This document shows positions 14,407 to 28,796 of a stretch of DNA of 63,544 nt, piece by piece (the stretch's first letter is position 1; each line of letters starts with the position of its first letter). The position numbers were made by a program, and so were the translations under genes. This DNA comes from Octopus bimaculoides (Eukaryota): contig NC_068997.1 in NCBI RefSeq assembly GCF_001194135.2, positions 27,660,801 to 27,724,344 of the forward strand, in the 5' to 3' direction. A model generated the notes under the pieces. It worked only from the letters and a program-made list of their open reading frames with translations, was not told where the DNA came from and did not search any database.

Positions 14407-16243
14407 CTGAAAGACATAAATAAATAAATAAAAACTATTAGCAGAAAACACTAAATTCCACATAATCAGAAACTTGGTGTTGGACATCATAGCTATGGCT
14501 GCATCAGGAGTGACATCATTTAATGTTCACAACTGAAGGAACATACATAAAATTATACTAACATTGAAATTCCTGTAGCTTTGTCCTAATTTACAACTAT
14601 ATTTTTCCAACCCAAAAGAGAAATAGAAGAAAATATCACATTTTCAGCTGCTAATAAGAATAAGAAACTAAATGATACTACTGTCTGTAGTACAAAGTTT
14701 TAAGGAGATATATATATATATAATTCTTTATCCACAGCCATGAGAGTGGATTCACATTACAACATACTATACTCAAACTTCTTAATTTAAGCTCTTTATT
14801 CCGAGTGATCTGACCATGTTCCTGTGAACAGGTCACCCCAGGAATAGTACATATCTATCCATCAATATATATCTATAGACACATGCGTGCACACACACAC
14901 ACACACATATACATACATACATAAATACATACATTTTCAAATATGTAGAAAGTATGAAATGGAAATACTCATTAAATAAATTAAAAAAAAAAAAAACCCA
15001 AACAAATGCTTTATCAATTCACTGGCACAATCCAGAAGTAAACTACTAAAATTACCATTATTGATAGTGACTACATTTAGAATGTTATCAAATGGATAAG
15101 ATTTCAAACTATTCACTCGATATATTTTTCCAAAATGCAGAAATGGGATTAGCTCAATTTGTTTTTGTTTTTTGTTTTTTTTTAATGTATGAAACATTAA
15201 TAGTGATAGACAATAAAAAATAAGTAGAAGCTAAAAATGCATATAACTGTGCTGTAAATAAATTTAGCTACTTTAAACAGGATGAATTTTTTTCTATTTT
15301 TTTTTATACATAAGCAATAAATATTAATTAGAATATTACTTGTAAGTAGAGGTGTGTGTGTGTGTGTGTGTGTAAATTATATATATATAACACAACTCCT
15401 TGAAAAGATATGCCATAAATGACACTAAAAAAGTTTGAGAATGAAAAAAAAAATACGATATGAAAATAGTATTGTGAACTGTTGAAAATAACAGAACTGA
15501 AGAATCGACAAAAGTTTAATGAGCTTATAGAGAGGCATTATCATGCACTGTTTTCTGCTTAGTGCCAAAGCTACTGGCCATTTAGGTTAGAAACAAGAAA
15601 ACGAAAATAGCAAGAAAACGAAAATGTTATATATAATATGCATTTGTATGTATATATATGCATGTTTGCACATACATACAAACCTATGCATATAATTACG
15701 CTTTCATTTTGTGTGTTTTAGTTTGTAATTATATTATCTATACTATTAACATTCTTTTCTGAGTAATTACTTTTAAAATAAGAAAATTTCCTCTTTTTAC
15801 TGAAATTCTATTAAAATAACATTGATAGCATGGAATTAGAGGATTGATTTAATTAAAGAAAATATTAAATAAAAAAGAAACTGTTTCAGCTCTTTAGCTA
15901 AATGTTAATTACATGATTTCAAAATTTGTAGGAAAAAAAAAAAAAAAAATCAAAGATTTTGTAATCCATTTTTAATTACAAATTAAAGAAAGCAGTGCAA
16001 AACTACCAGGAATGATTTTATTCTTCAATAAATAATTAAACAGGATCACAGAAAATATAACACTAGAAAGAAATTGCTATATATTTTCATACAGATAGGC
16101 CATCTTAATTGNNNNNNNNNNATAACACTAGAAAGAAATTGCTATATATTTTCATACAGATAGGCCATCTTAATTGGTTAATTATTTTATACACAAATTT
16201 ACTAGCCTTGAAAAAAATTCAGGTGTCAAATTCAAAATATCAA

Positions 16244-16287
<44 letters not shown>

Positions 16288-17060
16288 AATGATGCCAGTA
16301 CCTCCTGACTGGCTCCTGTGCCGGTGGCATGTAAAAAGCACTGTCCGAATGTGATCAATGCCAGGACTGCCTGACTGGCCCCTGTGCTGGTGGTACGTAA
16401 AAAGCACCATCCAGACGTGGCTGATGCCAGTACCCACCAACTGGCACCCGTGCTGGTGGCACGTAAAAAGCACTATCTGAATATGATTGATGTGAGGACT
16501 GCTCGACTAGCTCCTGTGCCAGTGGCATGTAAAAAGCACCGACTACATTCTCGGAGTGGTTTGTGTTAGGAAGGGCATCCAGCTATAGAAACACTGCCAG
16601 ATCAGATTGGAGCCTGGTGCAGCAACTGGCTCTCCAGACCTCAATCAAACTGTCCAACCCATGCCAGCATGGAAAATGGACGTTAAACAATGATATATAT
16701 GGTGGCTGAGTTTCTTTTGTGTGATGGGCCTCACGGAGGCAATAACTGAGACCTCTGGCATTATGTTGGGCATGGAAAGAAGACCCATCAAGCTGAGCAA
16801 AATCGCAGTCATTGCACATACCGGTGTCATGCAAATCGGCACCCGTGCTGGTAATACGTAAACACACCCCGGTGTCATGCAAATGGCACCCGTGCCAGTG
16901 GCACGTAAGAACACCCATTACACTCTCAGAGCAGTTGGTGTTAGGAAGGGCATCCAGCCATAGAAAACCATGCCAAATCAGACTGAAGCCTGGTGCAGCC
17001 TTTCAGCATGCCAGCCCAGTCAAACCATCCAACCCAATGCCAACATGGACAATAGACGTT
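16288..17060 (+). mobile_element. Two tandem RTE-derived 3'-end/UTR repeat copies
   Basis: Repeated TGGCACGTAAAAAGCACC units, GTTAGGAAGGGCATCCAGC..CCAACCCATGCCAGCATGGAAAATGGACGTTAAAC tails. The same UTR is linked to RTE ORF ends elsewhere in the window (33772-34600, 49160-49855, 61634-61945). Confidence 0.7.
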
Positions 17061-17530
17061 AGTATCACTAAACATGTATAGATGTTCACCTCACAATCAT
17101 AAGGCCTCAGTTTCAATTCCACTATAGGGCATCTTGAGCAAGTGTATTTCCAATAGTTTTAAGTGACCAATACCTTTTCAGTTAAATCAAGTTGATGGAA
17201 ACTGAGTAGAAGTCCATTGGATCTATGGTACCTATAATTCAAAAGTCCAGATGATCCTACCTGAGAATGACATTAAGAGTTACGTGTGTTTGTGGAATGC
17301 TCAGCCACTTACATGCTAACTCTGTGAACCTAGTAGTTTAGTTGATGGAACAACTAAAACAGCCATTGTCACAAATTTTGAGCTATTATACATAAGAGCT
17401 AAGGCTGTCTATAGGAAATACATATTTTATGTAAAATCACAAAGTATTCTCAACCTTAACGGTTTTAATTACATTATGTTGAAGATTATTATACAAATTC
17501 TTAATAAACATCATTTGCTGCTGCTACTGC

Positions 17531-17576
<46 letters not shown>

Positions 17577-18037
17577 CTTTTAGTTTGAATAATAAATACA
17601 AATATGAAATAAAATTCAAATTTAATTAGGAAAATACACTTTAGAGAAAAAATGTGAACATTATGTAATATTGAAAAATAAAAACTAATATAACTGAAAT
17701 GATTAATAAACTAGAATTGTTGCAGAATTATGAAGTTCTATCCTAATTGAATTAAACTAAATAAATCAATTTGAAAATGAAATATATATACGTATATGAT
17801 TTTAAATTGTTTGAAAGAAACCAGAAAGATGATTGACTTTGTTGAACAATAGCTTTGACACAGAGCAGTAAATGCAAACTAAACAAGCAAACCTTTTTTC
17901 TGTATAAAGGGAAAACAATTAAGATGAAATGCTGTAAAAACAAAAAGAGAACTCAATTTAAAATACAACAACACACATACAAGTTCACACAAATTGAAAT
18001 TCAAACTAAGAGTGGATGAAAGCTAGAGAGTAAGTAC

Positions 18038-18101
18038 CTTGTGTCACTTTCTGCGACATGATTCGGCACCACTTAAACCAGCACTGCTATACAACTTGAC
18101 A
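18038..18101 (-). other. Candidate 64-nt exon containing a possible start codon (MSQKVTQ..)
   Basis: Strong acceptor ttttctttttttctactttgcag| and donor AAG|GTACTT. ATG TCG CAG AAA GTG ACA CAA G| ends in phase 1. Confidence 0.5.
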
Positions 18102-19229
18102 CTGCAAAGTAGAAAAAAAGAAAACAACTAAAAGAAATGGTAGTAAACAATTGGTAACTAACAATGCAATAGATAACTAAAATATAAAAAGAAAGAAAGC
18201 AAGAGAAAAGGACATTGCTACTTTTACTGAAGAAAACAGAGCCCAATGAAGATGATATAGAAATTCTATGTGTTGTCATAGGAACAACACACAAGGAAAT
18301 TTGAAAAATAACCTTTCCATTAAGTTAAAATGTTAGAACAGAAATAGTTTGTTTTTAATAGGAGGAAGCAGTTTATTGCTTTATCCTCATCTTCAGGTCA
18401 ATACTTCAGCCTGTACACACCCCACCTTCATGTATTTCATTTACATAATCTGTAAATGTACCGGATGAAATTATTCCTCCTTTCTGCTTGTGTGCACATT
18501 TATATGGACACACTGACACTGAGGCATGTAAATACAAATATGCATATATACCTATGTATAATTTATACCTATATAAACACATGCATGCACATTATAGTTT
18601 GGCCACTGTTGGCTAGTGTCCCATAGTTGTGGGTTGACTAATACCTTGTGAATGAAATAAGTGGATGAAAACTGGAAGAAGCCTGTGACATGTGTGTGTA
18701 TGGAGGAAGAGGTATCATTATCATTTATTGTCTACTTCTCCATGTCTGCATGGATCAGATGGAATTAGTGAAGGCAGATTTTCTACAGCCAGATACCCTT
18801 CCTAATGCTAGCCCTCATCTGTTTCCAAGATAATATTTCCCATAGCCAGGAATGTTTCTCAAGAAACAAAAGTAAAAACTTGGAAACAAACAACACTAGT
18901 ATGACAAGTGATGCTCATTTACATCCAACATATGACATCAAGACCTTCTGGTAAAAGACTAAAAGGCTTAGTTGCAATTTTGTGGGTGAGAGAACTTGTG
19001 GATTATGTGATGCATGGTTTGGGTGATGGTTTTCAAACCATGCAGTGGTAAGTAAAAGTCATCCAGTTGGTAAGGGTGGGTAACTTTTTAAACCCTACAG
19101 GCCATATTCTCTGACCTGCTACAACACAGTTATGAGTGAACCACAAAGAGTTGTGAGGTTTGACTGTGTTGGGAATGTGAAGTGACATGCCACGGGGATG
19201 CTTTTAGTCTGATAAGTCAGAGTTTAAAC

Positions 19230-19775
19230 ACATGTGCAGCAAAAGTGTTCTCATCTACTAGAGTTCAGGAGGTAGAGAGATGGGGCTTATATAGAATGTG
19301 GATGTGTGGTAAGTTGTTGCAATAGGGCAGTAGTTGGACAACTCAGTGATGGTTTAGTAAAGGTTTGAGGGTAAAAAAAGATCAAAGATGTTTGGAGTCA
19401 ATGACGTACATAGAAGACAAGGCATTGTGAAAGGTTACAATTCTGCACTGACAGCCTACATGTAGGATGAGTGTGAAAGCAAAGAATAATGGAAATCATA
19501 AAAGACAATTACTTCAGACAAAGGTGAAGTGAAACACATATCCTTGATGCAGGAAGAGACATGGTTAAAGAGTTGTTGGTAGTTGAAGGAGTTCAGAAAG
19601 AGGGAGAGGAAACATGTATTTAGAAAGACGGAAGAAAATAAACTGTGGCAGATTAAATTGGAAGCATTTATTCTTGATATCCAAGACTGAGCAATGGGAA
19701 AGTGGTCTATACACAGACATCTTTCAGAGCATACAGTGTAGAAGGGATGGCAGAGATGGAGTGTAAACAAGGGAA
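19230..19775 (-). mobile_element. Highly decayed CR1/L2-group LINE reverse transcriptase fragment (similar relic at ~41860-42090)
   Basis: Broken minus-strand translation (..YRPLSHCS..SKYM..LFLHQGYVF..) loosely matching the YRPISL..SK.ME..L...QYGFR RT motif. Confidence 0.4.
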
Positions 19776-19849
19776 AGTAGATCTAAGATGTGTAATTTAT
19801 GTGTAAAAACCTAAAGTGTTGTGGGGAAATGTCTTATACTTACCTATTT

Positions 19850-19883
<34 letters not shown>

Positions 19884-22761
19884 CATCAACATTATTTTAA
19901 TATTCACTTTCCCATGCTTACATTTATTGAAGCAGGTTTTCTACAGCCAGATGCTCTTCTTGTTGCCAACCCTCACCTATTTCCAAGCAGGGTAATACTT
20001 CCCCATAACCAAACATGCTTTTGCATAATATGAGATGAGAATGACACTAATTACAACTATCACACAATATTAAGACAAGGCAATGCAAACATACACCTAT
20101 TCTCTCTCACATATGCAATACGTGCAATGGGTTTCTTTCAGTTTCTGTTCAACTAATCCACTCACAAAGCTTTGGTTAGCCTGGGGCTATACTCCAAAGA
20201 CAAGTTATGCAGTGGGACTGAATCTGAAACCATGTGGTTTGGAAGCAAACTTAACCACACAGCCATGCCTATACACACACACACTGTTGATTCAACTAAT
20301 ACAGTAGAAACATAGCTTGTCCCTATGCTAAGGATTACCACTATTGAGTGGAAGAAACGGAAAACATCTTGTTAGAAACTATTTCAATTAGAAACACTGA
20401 GATAAAAGGAGAGAAGCAGTCATATTTACCAAATCAGTTTCAGTTGAGGAACATTTATTGATTAGATTTTCTATAATTTCCCCAGAAAGTGTTTGTGCAT
20501 GTAGAGTACAAAGACAGTGTACAAAGATAGAGTACAAAGACAGTACTGCTCCCACAATCCAATGAGTTTACATCTTTCTTTTTCTCTCTTGCTCCCTCTC
20601 TCACACAAACATACACACACATTTGCTTTTTTCATATTAGCACAAGCAATTTTTGAACAGAACAATTGCTTTCATAGCAGGCTATCCTCAACAAAGAAGA
20701 GAGAGTGAAGCAAGTAGTTATATACATTGCACAAGACAATAAAGACAAACAGAATAGCTACAGAAATGTCTGAAGTCATAGCCAGGATGTCAACAGTCCA
20801 ATATGTTCATCACACACTCATTAAAGATAAAAGAAAAAAAACAGAATATATATAGATCTACAGGGAAAATATCTTAAACTGAGTAAAATACTTATTCTTC
20901 CTAATTTGCTAATTACATCACCTCTCACAAAACACATTTACCAGTTTCAATTTTTTTCTCAGTCTAATGAGGATGGTCAGACCTCTTAAATGCTGATGTT
21001 CAACTTTTAGCTGTTGAAAGTTAATGACAAATAGGGAAAGCAGGAGCAACACAAGAGGGAGTTCCAGACAAATGCATTTCAGGAGTGTAAGGATTAGGAA
21101 AAGTGCTTTTTAGTAAACCACAATAGAGAAGGATTAGATAAGGGTGGTAAATATTAGTCCATAGCAGTGGGAGCTTTTATAGTTGTGCAAAGAGAGGGTA
21201 GGACTGATACAATGAGATTGCTTTTCATCTGAGAAGGGAAAGGAACAATGTTCTACAAATGTAGCAGCTGTTGACCAGTTTCTTTCCACCACACGAACAT
21301 CCTCCAGTTTGGGATATTACAAAAAAAAAAAGTTTAATTGTATTGACAAAATTTGTCTATTGCTTCAATATAGTGATATATAAATTGTACTTTGAATACT
21401 GAGGTCCAGATATCTTGTGCCATTTTAACTTTGGCCCAGTAAAAAAAAAACAAAGGAAAGGGTGAATGTCATGTAGAATGTCAATCAGTTTTCAGCAGCT
21501 AGAATATAGTATACTCTGTCATTATCATTGCCACCATAGTTAAAATTTTATACAATCAGAAAACTGAAGACAAATGGTGGGATAAATAAATTAACACAAT
21601 ATTTATAAATATAGCAATAGGCTGCCTGGAGACTTTTTAGTCCTTTCACATAGAACTTCTCTAGTGCTAGAGAATACATCTAATTTAAGCTGCAATGGTT
21701 ATGATTTTCTCCATTGTTTGTATCGAGTGATGAAAGACTGCTTGAAAGTGTAATGGAACATATCTATCCAATGCATGCCAGTATAGAAAAATGGATTGAT
21801 AATCACTATTGATTAGAGAAGGAATGTAACAGATTAGGCGTCATCTTGTAAAGTGCGATGAAAAATAGCTAAAACAGGAATGTGAATCCCTGAATAGAGG
21901 CAGATTTGTTACATTTTAAAGTTTGTTAAGATAGTTAATTCTACCTGCTTTTTTGTGTAACAGAACCTTTTGCGATAAACATTTAAAAGGTGGAGGGTAT
22001 GACTCATTGTAACATTTTGAAAAGTAACATACTTAGCACTAAAAGAAAATATTGTTCGCTGAAAGCCTATGCCACTCCTATTGCACAAATGAATGGCAAA
22101 AGTTTTTTTTTTTTAAATTTTTTTTAAGAGCAATCTAGATGAAGAAAAGAATTATTGTGCTCGCAATTTTACCCTATACTCACTCATGTGAATCCTGAAA
22201 AATAGATCTAAAAACTTGTGGCTGAAACAAACAGAGAAATACACACAACATGCTTGTGTGCAACCATATTCACTGAAAAGCCACCTGCTCCAGTGACAAA
22301 TTCTCCCACTATGATAAGTTTTTTGTTTCTGACCTACTGAAAAGCTATTGTATTAGTTTCTATTTTTATAAATCATTTGATTCTATTCCAACAAAGTATA
22401 CAACACCTTGCCAAGCCAAATTATCTCTACCCATAGAGTCTTCAGTAAACATGTACGTTCCATTATGAAAACTAATTCTCCTTAGAATTCCTTTTCCAGT
22501 TCATGCAATCCTACTCAATGATTCAGATTATCAACTGAACTCATCCCATCTAATCTTGCGGAATGAAAGGCAAGAAACAACTAAGCAGATGTTCTATGGA
22601 AACACCATCCTCCAACACACACACACATACATCTTTAATGAGCTATTAATTTCATTCTATAATTTTATATCAGTCATCCCTTCTTCAGTTTTCTTTCTAA
22701 AACTTTTGTCTAAAAAATTTGTAACAAATTATAAAAATTTTTACATAACTAAAATACTCAC

Positions 22762-22816
22762 CTTCAAGTCACTTTAGATGATAGCTTGTCTTCTACATCT
22801 TACTTTCATAATTTAC
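22762..22816 (-). other. Candidate 55-nt non-coding (5'UTR-like) exon of the minus-strand gene
   Basis: Near-consensus acceptor tttcttttattttacag| and donor AAG|GTGAGT. Stops in all three frames; contains a short uORF MKVRCRRQAII*. Confidence 0.55.
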
Positions 22817-25800
22817 CTGTAAAATAAAAGAAATTTGAGTTTAGCAGAGGGAAGTAGTCATTCATGTTCTCAAACATAGCTTCAAATAATTTTCATTTTG
22901 TCATTAAAATGAAAATTAGCCTTTTTTAATAGGTTTTATTTTTACTCTTTTATTTGTTTCAGTCATTTGACTGTGGCCATACTGGAGCATTGCCTTTAGT
23001 CAAACAAACTGACCCCAGAGCTTATTCTTTGTAAGCCTAGTACTTATTCTATCAGTCTTTTTTGCCAAACCGCTAAGTTACGAGGATGTAGAAGAAAATA
23101 ATATTGCAAAATTCTTGTTTCTTTTGGGTACCCCCTTGTATAATTTAGTTTTGGCTAAATGTTTATAGACAAGTTTTTTATAACATGATATTGTTAAGTC
23201 CATCATGTATCACTGCTGCCGTTCCATAGTTCTGCAATCACTGGTTTAAATTTTAAACCTATTTTGGTTAACTTTTCAACTTCCAGATCAGCAAAATGTT
23301 TATATTCATCCACCAAACAATTCATTGACTATATATACTACACAAAATGTAGACATTCTCCAGTTCCCTATTGATAACTTCCAATACTTGTTAAAATAAG
23401 CTAGATTCATAGCTCTATTCTACAACCCAAGCTCAAAAATAGAATACATATACAGTTCCATTTCCACAAAGCTTCTTCAAAATGTCTAAGTTTCTACATG
23501 TTTCCAAAGTATATTCCAATAGTTTACATTTGGCCTATCTGTTTTCAAATTTAGTGTTCATGACAATGGACATCATTTAATTCAACTTTTCTAAATTACT
23601 GTTGCTTATTTTATAAGATCTGAAGGAACAGAAAGCAAAATTAATCACAACAGGATTTTGACTATGACAATTTGAAATAGTGCAAGCCATTCTTCCAATG
23701 TTATCACTGTAACTAACTTTACATAGTATTAAGATTCCTATCAAATTTAAACATGACCAGTCTGAAGTTTATTTCACTGTCCAAGACATTTACCACAAAC
23801 AATAGGCTATTCCTTCTTATTAGATGAGCAATTCACCTAAATTAATTAGCCAATAAACAAATTCCCACTTAACAAAAAAAAAAACCCCCACAGTGGTTGA
23901 GAAGATTAAATTATCTTTAAATGAGCTATGTTTTAAATTTCCAAGTAGCTAACTATATCTTTCATAATGTCTACTTTCTTCACTCCATCAGTAAATTCTC
24001 CAACTTACCCAATTTCCAGATATATTCTTGAGAAATAGAAATACAAGGTCAATAATATATTGCAAATCTCAAGGAGATATATGATCATTTAGAAAAAATT
24101 TTTTTTTTTTGATTTTTTTGTTTTGCCAAACTGGCAACCTACAAAATTAATTCACCTTATCACTTCCATGTTGCAGAAAGCACAAGAATTTCTTCTGGCA
24201 GCCATTGCTTCTCTTAATATTACAACATTCCAAATTATGCTGTCTACTATTTCTTTTTCTTGTATAAAAACAGATTTTTGGAAGAATTGTCTGATATGTT
24301 AGACTATATACATATATATATAAAAATTCAACAACCACATTTAAGACCATTCTCTATTTGCAGCGACACATTTCATACATAGAGCAAACATTTGATAGTA
24401 GACAATTTAATCTAGAGTGAAACTAATAACTAATTACCAAGAAACCGAAGACTGTTACTTCAGATTGCCCAATTCATGAATAATGGTGTAATTCAGTCTC
24501 ATAACGAACAATGGCTTTAAACAATATATTTTAAAACCACTATCTCTTTCTTGACCATTATCAAGATACCATCATAATCTTTCAATAGCAGATTATATTG
24601 CTCTATCTAGATAAATACCAGTCATCTTTACAGCTGCTTTTACCCAATTGAAACATTAGCCTATAAATATTCATTTGACTGAAGAAAAAAAATCAAATCA
24701 ATAAATTACAAGTCATAGCTGGAAAATATACACAAAGAATACAGAAACATACATGTCTGTAGTAATGCACATAAATACACACATATGCTGAAATATGAAT
24801 ACATGTACACACACACTAATATACATCATACAATAATATGGATGCACAAATATACATACACACTGTAATAAAGATGCACAAATATACATAAACACACACA
24901 TTTATGTACACATACATACACACACTATATATTTTATACATCATTAGTTTACAGGTTTATATTTTCAGGAGAGTGACTGTTTTGTAGCACTTTAATGAGA
25001 AAGTCAAATTATATCCACAGAATTGCTGACATTTTCAATAACAGTAAGAAAGATTCATTTAATTCTAGAGGAAGAGAACAGTGATGCTTATACTTCACTG
25101 AACATAAAGTTGAAGCAGTTTTCAGAAAAGAGAAATGCCAGTAAATTGTTGTTTATTTTATTCTATTTGATAGACATCATTATTATAATTTGTTGTATGC
25201 TCGTTCTACTGGCACATCTCACTGCACTTTCTTATTCAATATGTATGAATTACCAGTACAATCATCTCTCATGCATACTGCAGCCAATGCCTTTGTTATA
25301 CAATGCTATTATTTTGTAGTTATATACATATAGGAGATATTTTAGTAGATATTCATCACATATTTACTTCTGCTGATTTACACAATTTGGAAAATTACAT
25401 TTTAAAGTACCAGATTTTATTATGGCTAAGTGTAATTTCAGTATACACCAATTGTCTGTAAAATAAATTTGACATGAGCAAAAAGATGTGGGAAGTAAAT
25501 AATCAATCTAAGGAAGACCTGAGGGAAAAAATAAATCTTCAGAATGGCTATATTCTATAAAAGATATCAGTGTCTGCTATTCAGTGATAGCGAAACATAG
25601 GAGACTAAGGAAAGTCTGTTCAGAGTAGACAATCAATGTGTGATAAGGAGAGACATTTAAAGCTTTACTTAGAAGTACTCAACTAACAGATTGATAGATC
25701 ATACTATTAACTAGTGAATTTGAGCAGGTAGTAATTTTAAGAAGTCTCTCCATACCATCATCAATTACTGCAATGATTTAAGGGTACTCTGGGGAGGAAA

Positions 25801-26418
25801 TTCAGAGAGGTTATATCACAAAACATTAGTGTAAAACAGTTGCAAATAAAGTTTAGTTTTTTTCTAAAATGACAGAAGACCAAAACATAAATTAAACAAG
25901 AGAAGTTGTATACCAGTTGAATAATGGAAGTTGAGACAATAACATATGCGCACTGTACTTAATTGTTTGAACAATTATTGGATTTATTCATGTGTAAGTC
26001 ACACCTTAAATGTAGCATGAAACTTTGGTACTAAATTTTTTTCCCTTTATAGTTTTAATTTTGTCCTGGGATTAATTTGCACCCCAACTTTTAGATAAAA
26101 GCAATTAGAAAATAGTGAGACCTATACATGAGTAAATACAGTAACTTTGTTCACAATAACCATGCAGCTGAACTATCTAAATTTTGGGGCTCAGAGCAGT
26201 CTTTGATAGGGTTCTATGTTTACAGACATGTTAGACACAAATGAGTACAAGGTTTATCAAATTGTTGTATAAGATTCTAAATTCTGTAGTATGGATTCTG
26301 CAATAACAATTAGGTCATTTACATACAAAATATTCTCATGGCTGCTATCAAAGAAAAGGACAAACAAATTCATCTTTAAATTTCTCACAAAATGTAAACT
26401 GTTCATACTAATTCTAAC

Positions 26419-26481
26419 CTTGGATATGTGGCCTTCACCACCATCTAATTGTTTACTCTTCCTGTCTCACTGACAACCAGA
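26419..26481 (-). other. Candidate 63-nt exon (UTR-like) of the minus-strand gene
   Basis: Acceptor ...ctttatagccttatag| and donor AAG|GTTAGA. Stops in all three frames; an internal ATG is present. Confidence 0.3.
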
Positions 26482-28516
26482 CTATAAGGCTATAAAGTTA
26501 CTTGTTTTCTAATATTTTTCAAACAAACAATATTGCTAGAAATACACTAACTTTACATTTTTTTAAAATAAGCATGGATGCTAACAGAAATGACAGATGA
26601 AAGAAAACCAAAACTTAGAACATCATCAGTGACTGGTTCTCAAATACCTTCATTAACCAATTATAATTAATTACTTCTATTTCCCTCCTCCAATGCATCA
26701 GCTTTAGCTCCTGAGATTTATTTTGCACTTACAGTTTTTAAAAGACATCAAGTGATCGGTACTTAAAAAAATTGAAGCTAATCATGTAACTTATTAATAA
26801 TCTGATTAGTTAAAATTAATAACTACTGATTCCTAAATTGATTGATGCCTTCAATTAGATTAGCAATGAACTCTGAAGACCCCCCTCAGGTTCCTATTAA
26901 TATGTTTAAATGAGTAAACTAATCAATCCTTGTTGCTCTTCACTCATCCCCAATAACATTGTTATACTGCCACCACACCAAAAAGTAAGAGAATTTAGGT
27001 CACAACTCAACCATTTTGACACACTTTAAATTGATGGAAATTTTGTAGCACACTTCTTGCTGATATTTTCATTTCCTCTCAATTTTAATGTTATTCTATG
27101 TTGCAAAACTAATTATTCTTTTAGTAGATACAAACAAATAATTTGCATAAGGAATCTAGTACCAGGTATCTTGTATTTTTCTAGCAAACTTCTCACATAT
27201 TTTATTAAGTCCCATTCTCTCACACTTTAACCCCTCATCTCCAGCATAAAGTCATCACTCCCTTTACTGTGGCTCCACTCAGATGAAAAGGATCTTGGTC
27301 TTGTAGACTGTATAGCAACCTTGCTAGTCCCATGAAAAAAAGCACTTAGTACATGCTGTAAGGTGGTTGGAGTTAAGAAGGGGATCCAAAGCAGATATCA
27401 GAGCATGATGCAATCTTTGGACCCACCATATACTGTCAAATCATTCATTCAATGTTAGCATGGAGCATGAATGTCAAACGATAATTATTATTTTCTATCA
27501 GAGTCCTGTGATAATTTATATAAACTAAGTTGATCAATTCCAGAGTTGTGCAAAAAGTAACCAGATTCAACTTCTCTATAAGAATTAGTCAAACCTTAAA
27601 TGATTTTAATATTAAATAAATCTAACACACACAAAATGCAGTTTATGTACTGAGGTCAACTGGATTGATTGCCTAACTCTCCCTTACAAAATGCTGGCCT
27701 CGTCGTTTATCAAAAGAAATCAATATTAAATGATATTTCTATATCTGCTCTGAACAGAAATTTTATCAGGAGATTCTACAAATTTCAAGATGTTACAATG
27801 TCATTCCAAAGTCACTAGTATGTAATAAACAATATTTTCTACTGTATTTATCATTTATTTTGCAAGTAAAGTTATTTTTCTTCATCTAAGTTTTCAATAA
27901 TGCTGAACGTTACACAATACATGCTTTTAATATATAGACACACAATTATTATTATTATTATGTCTACACAATGATTTGGATGTTTATCAATTGACAGCAA
28001 TTTTGATTACAAGCTGACCTAGATAGCTTTACACACTAAATTACATGGCAGACAAAATTTCTAAACAAACATCTTAATCGTTCTATCAATAAAAATAGTC
28101 ACAAGGACTAAAATTACAGTCTTTTGCATAACACCATTTAATCATCAAATTCTAACATTTAAACAAAAGCTAATTTAGCTAACAGTACAAAAAAAAAACA
28201 AGTATATTAAAAGTATATTAAACAGCTATACCTTTGATATTTAGCATATTAGCTGGAGGACATGATAATAGGAAATTCATTTTTAATTTCTATCATACAC
28301 ATTACTTCTTGATATAAAAATGTATATTATAAATCACCAATTGTGATTTATAAAGCTATCTATATTTAAGTGTAATTTGTAATTTAACAAACTACATTTA
28401 CAAGTTACATTTACAGTAAAATAGATAAGGAAGTGTTTATACAAATATGTATAATCTATATAGATAAACTATCAGTACTAGTTTAACATTAATGCATATG
28501 CTTATGTAGCTTAGAG

Positions 28517-28796
28517 CAGTGCTTCTCAAACTATCTGATGTGGCATACAGGTAGTTTTTTTTTTCCCAATGTGCCAGAGGCTGGTAATATTTTTTACCAA
28601 TATTAATTTATATCGAAAACAATATATATATAATGAATATAATAAAAGTTGACAATTTTTTGTATCTAATATTTATTTTATAAACAAATAAAACATTTTA
28701 TAATGTTTCTTTCTTTTCTGGAAACTCGCCACATGCCAGCAGCCAATGGCTCACGGACCAGTGCCAGTCCGCGGAACATCACTTGGAGTAGCACTG
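28517..28796. mobile_element. Non-autonomous hAT (Charlie-like) MITE, 280 bp
   Basis: TIRs CAGTGCTTCTCAAACT / ACTTGGAGTAGCACTG; perfect 8-bp TSD GCTTAGAG at 28509-28516 and 28797-28804. Confidence 0.9.

Noticed and set aside
16058-16175. Exact ~54-bp direct repeat either side of a 10-N gap (same pattern at 46728-46827)
   Set aside because: Typical unmerged contig overlap; assembly artefact rather than a biological duplication.
16288-16560. Regularly spaced 18-nt repeats resembling a CRISPR array
   Set aside because: Eukaryotic context, degenerate repeats, related spacers; part of an RTE 3'UTR.
18058-18100. In-frame UGA after VKLYSSAGLSGAESCRRK as possible selenocysteine
   Set aside because: No CxxU/UxxC context, no recognised selenoprotein family and no SECIS seen.
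24163-24294. Long open candidate exon (RQFFQKSVFIQEKE..MAARRNSCAFCNMEVI)
   Set aside because: Weak acceptor, and it cannot be chained to neighbouring candidates without an immediate stop.
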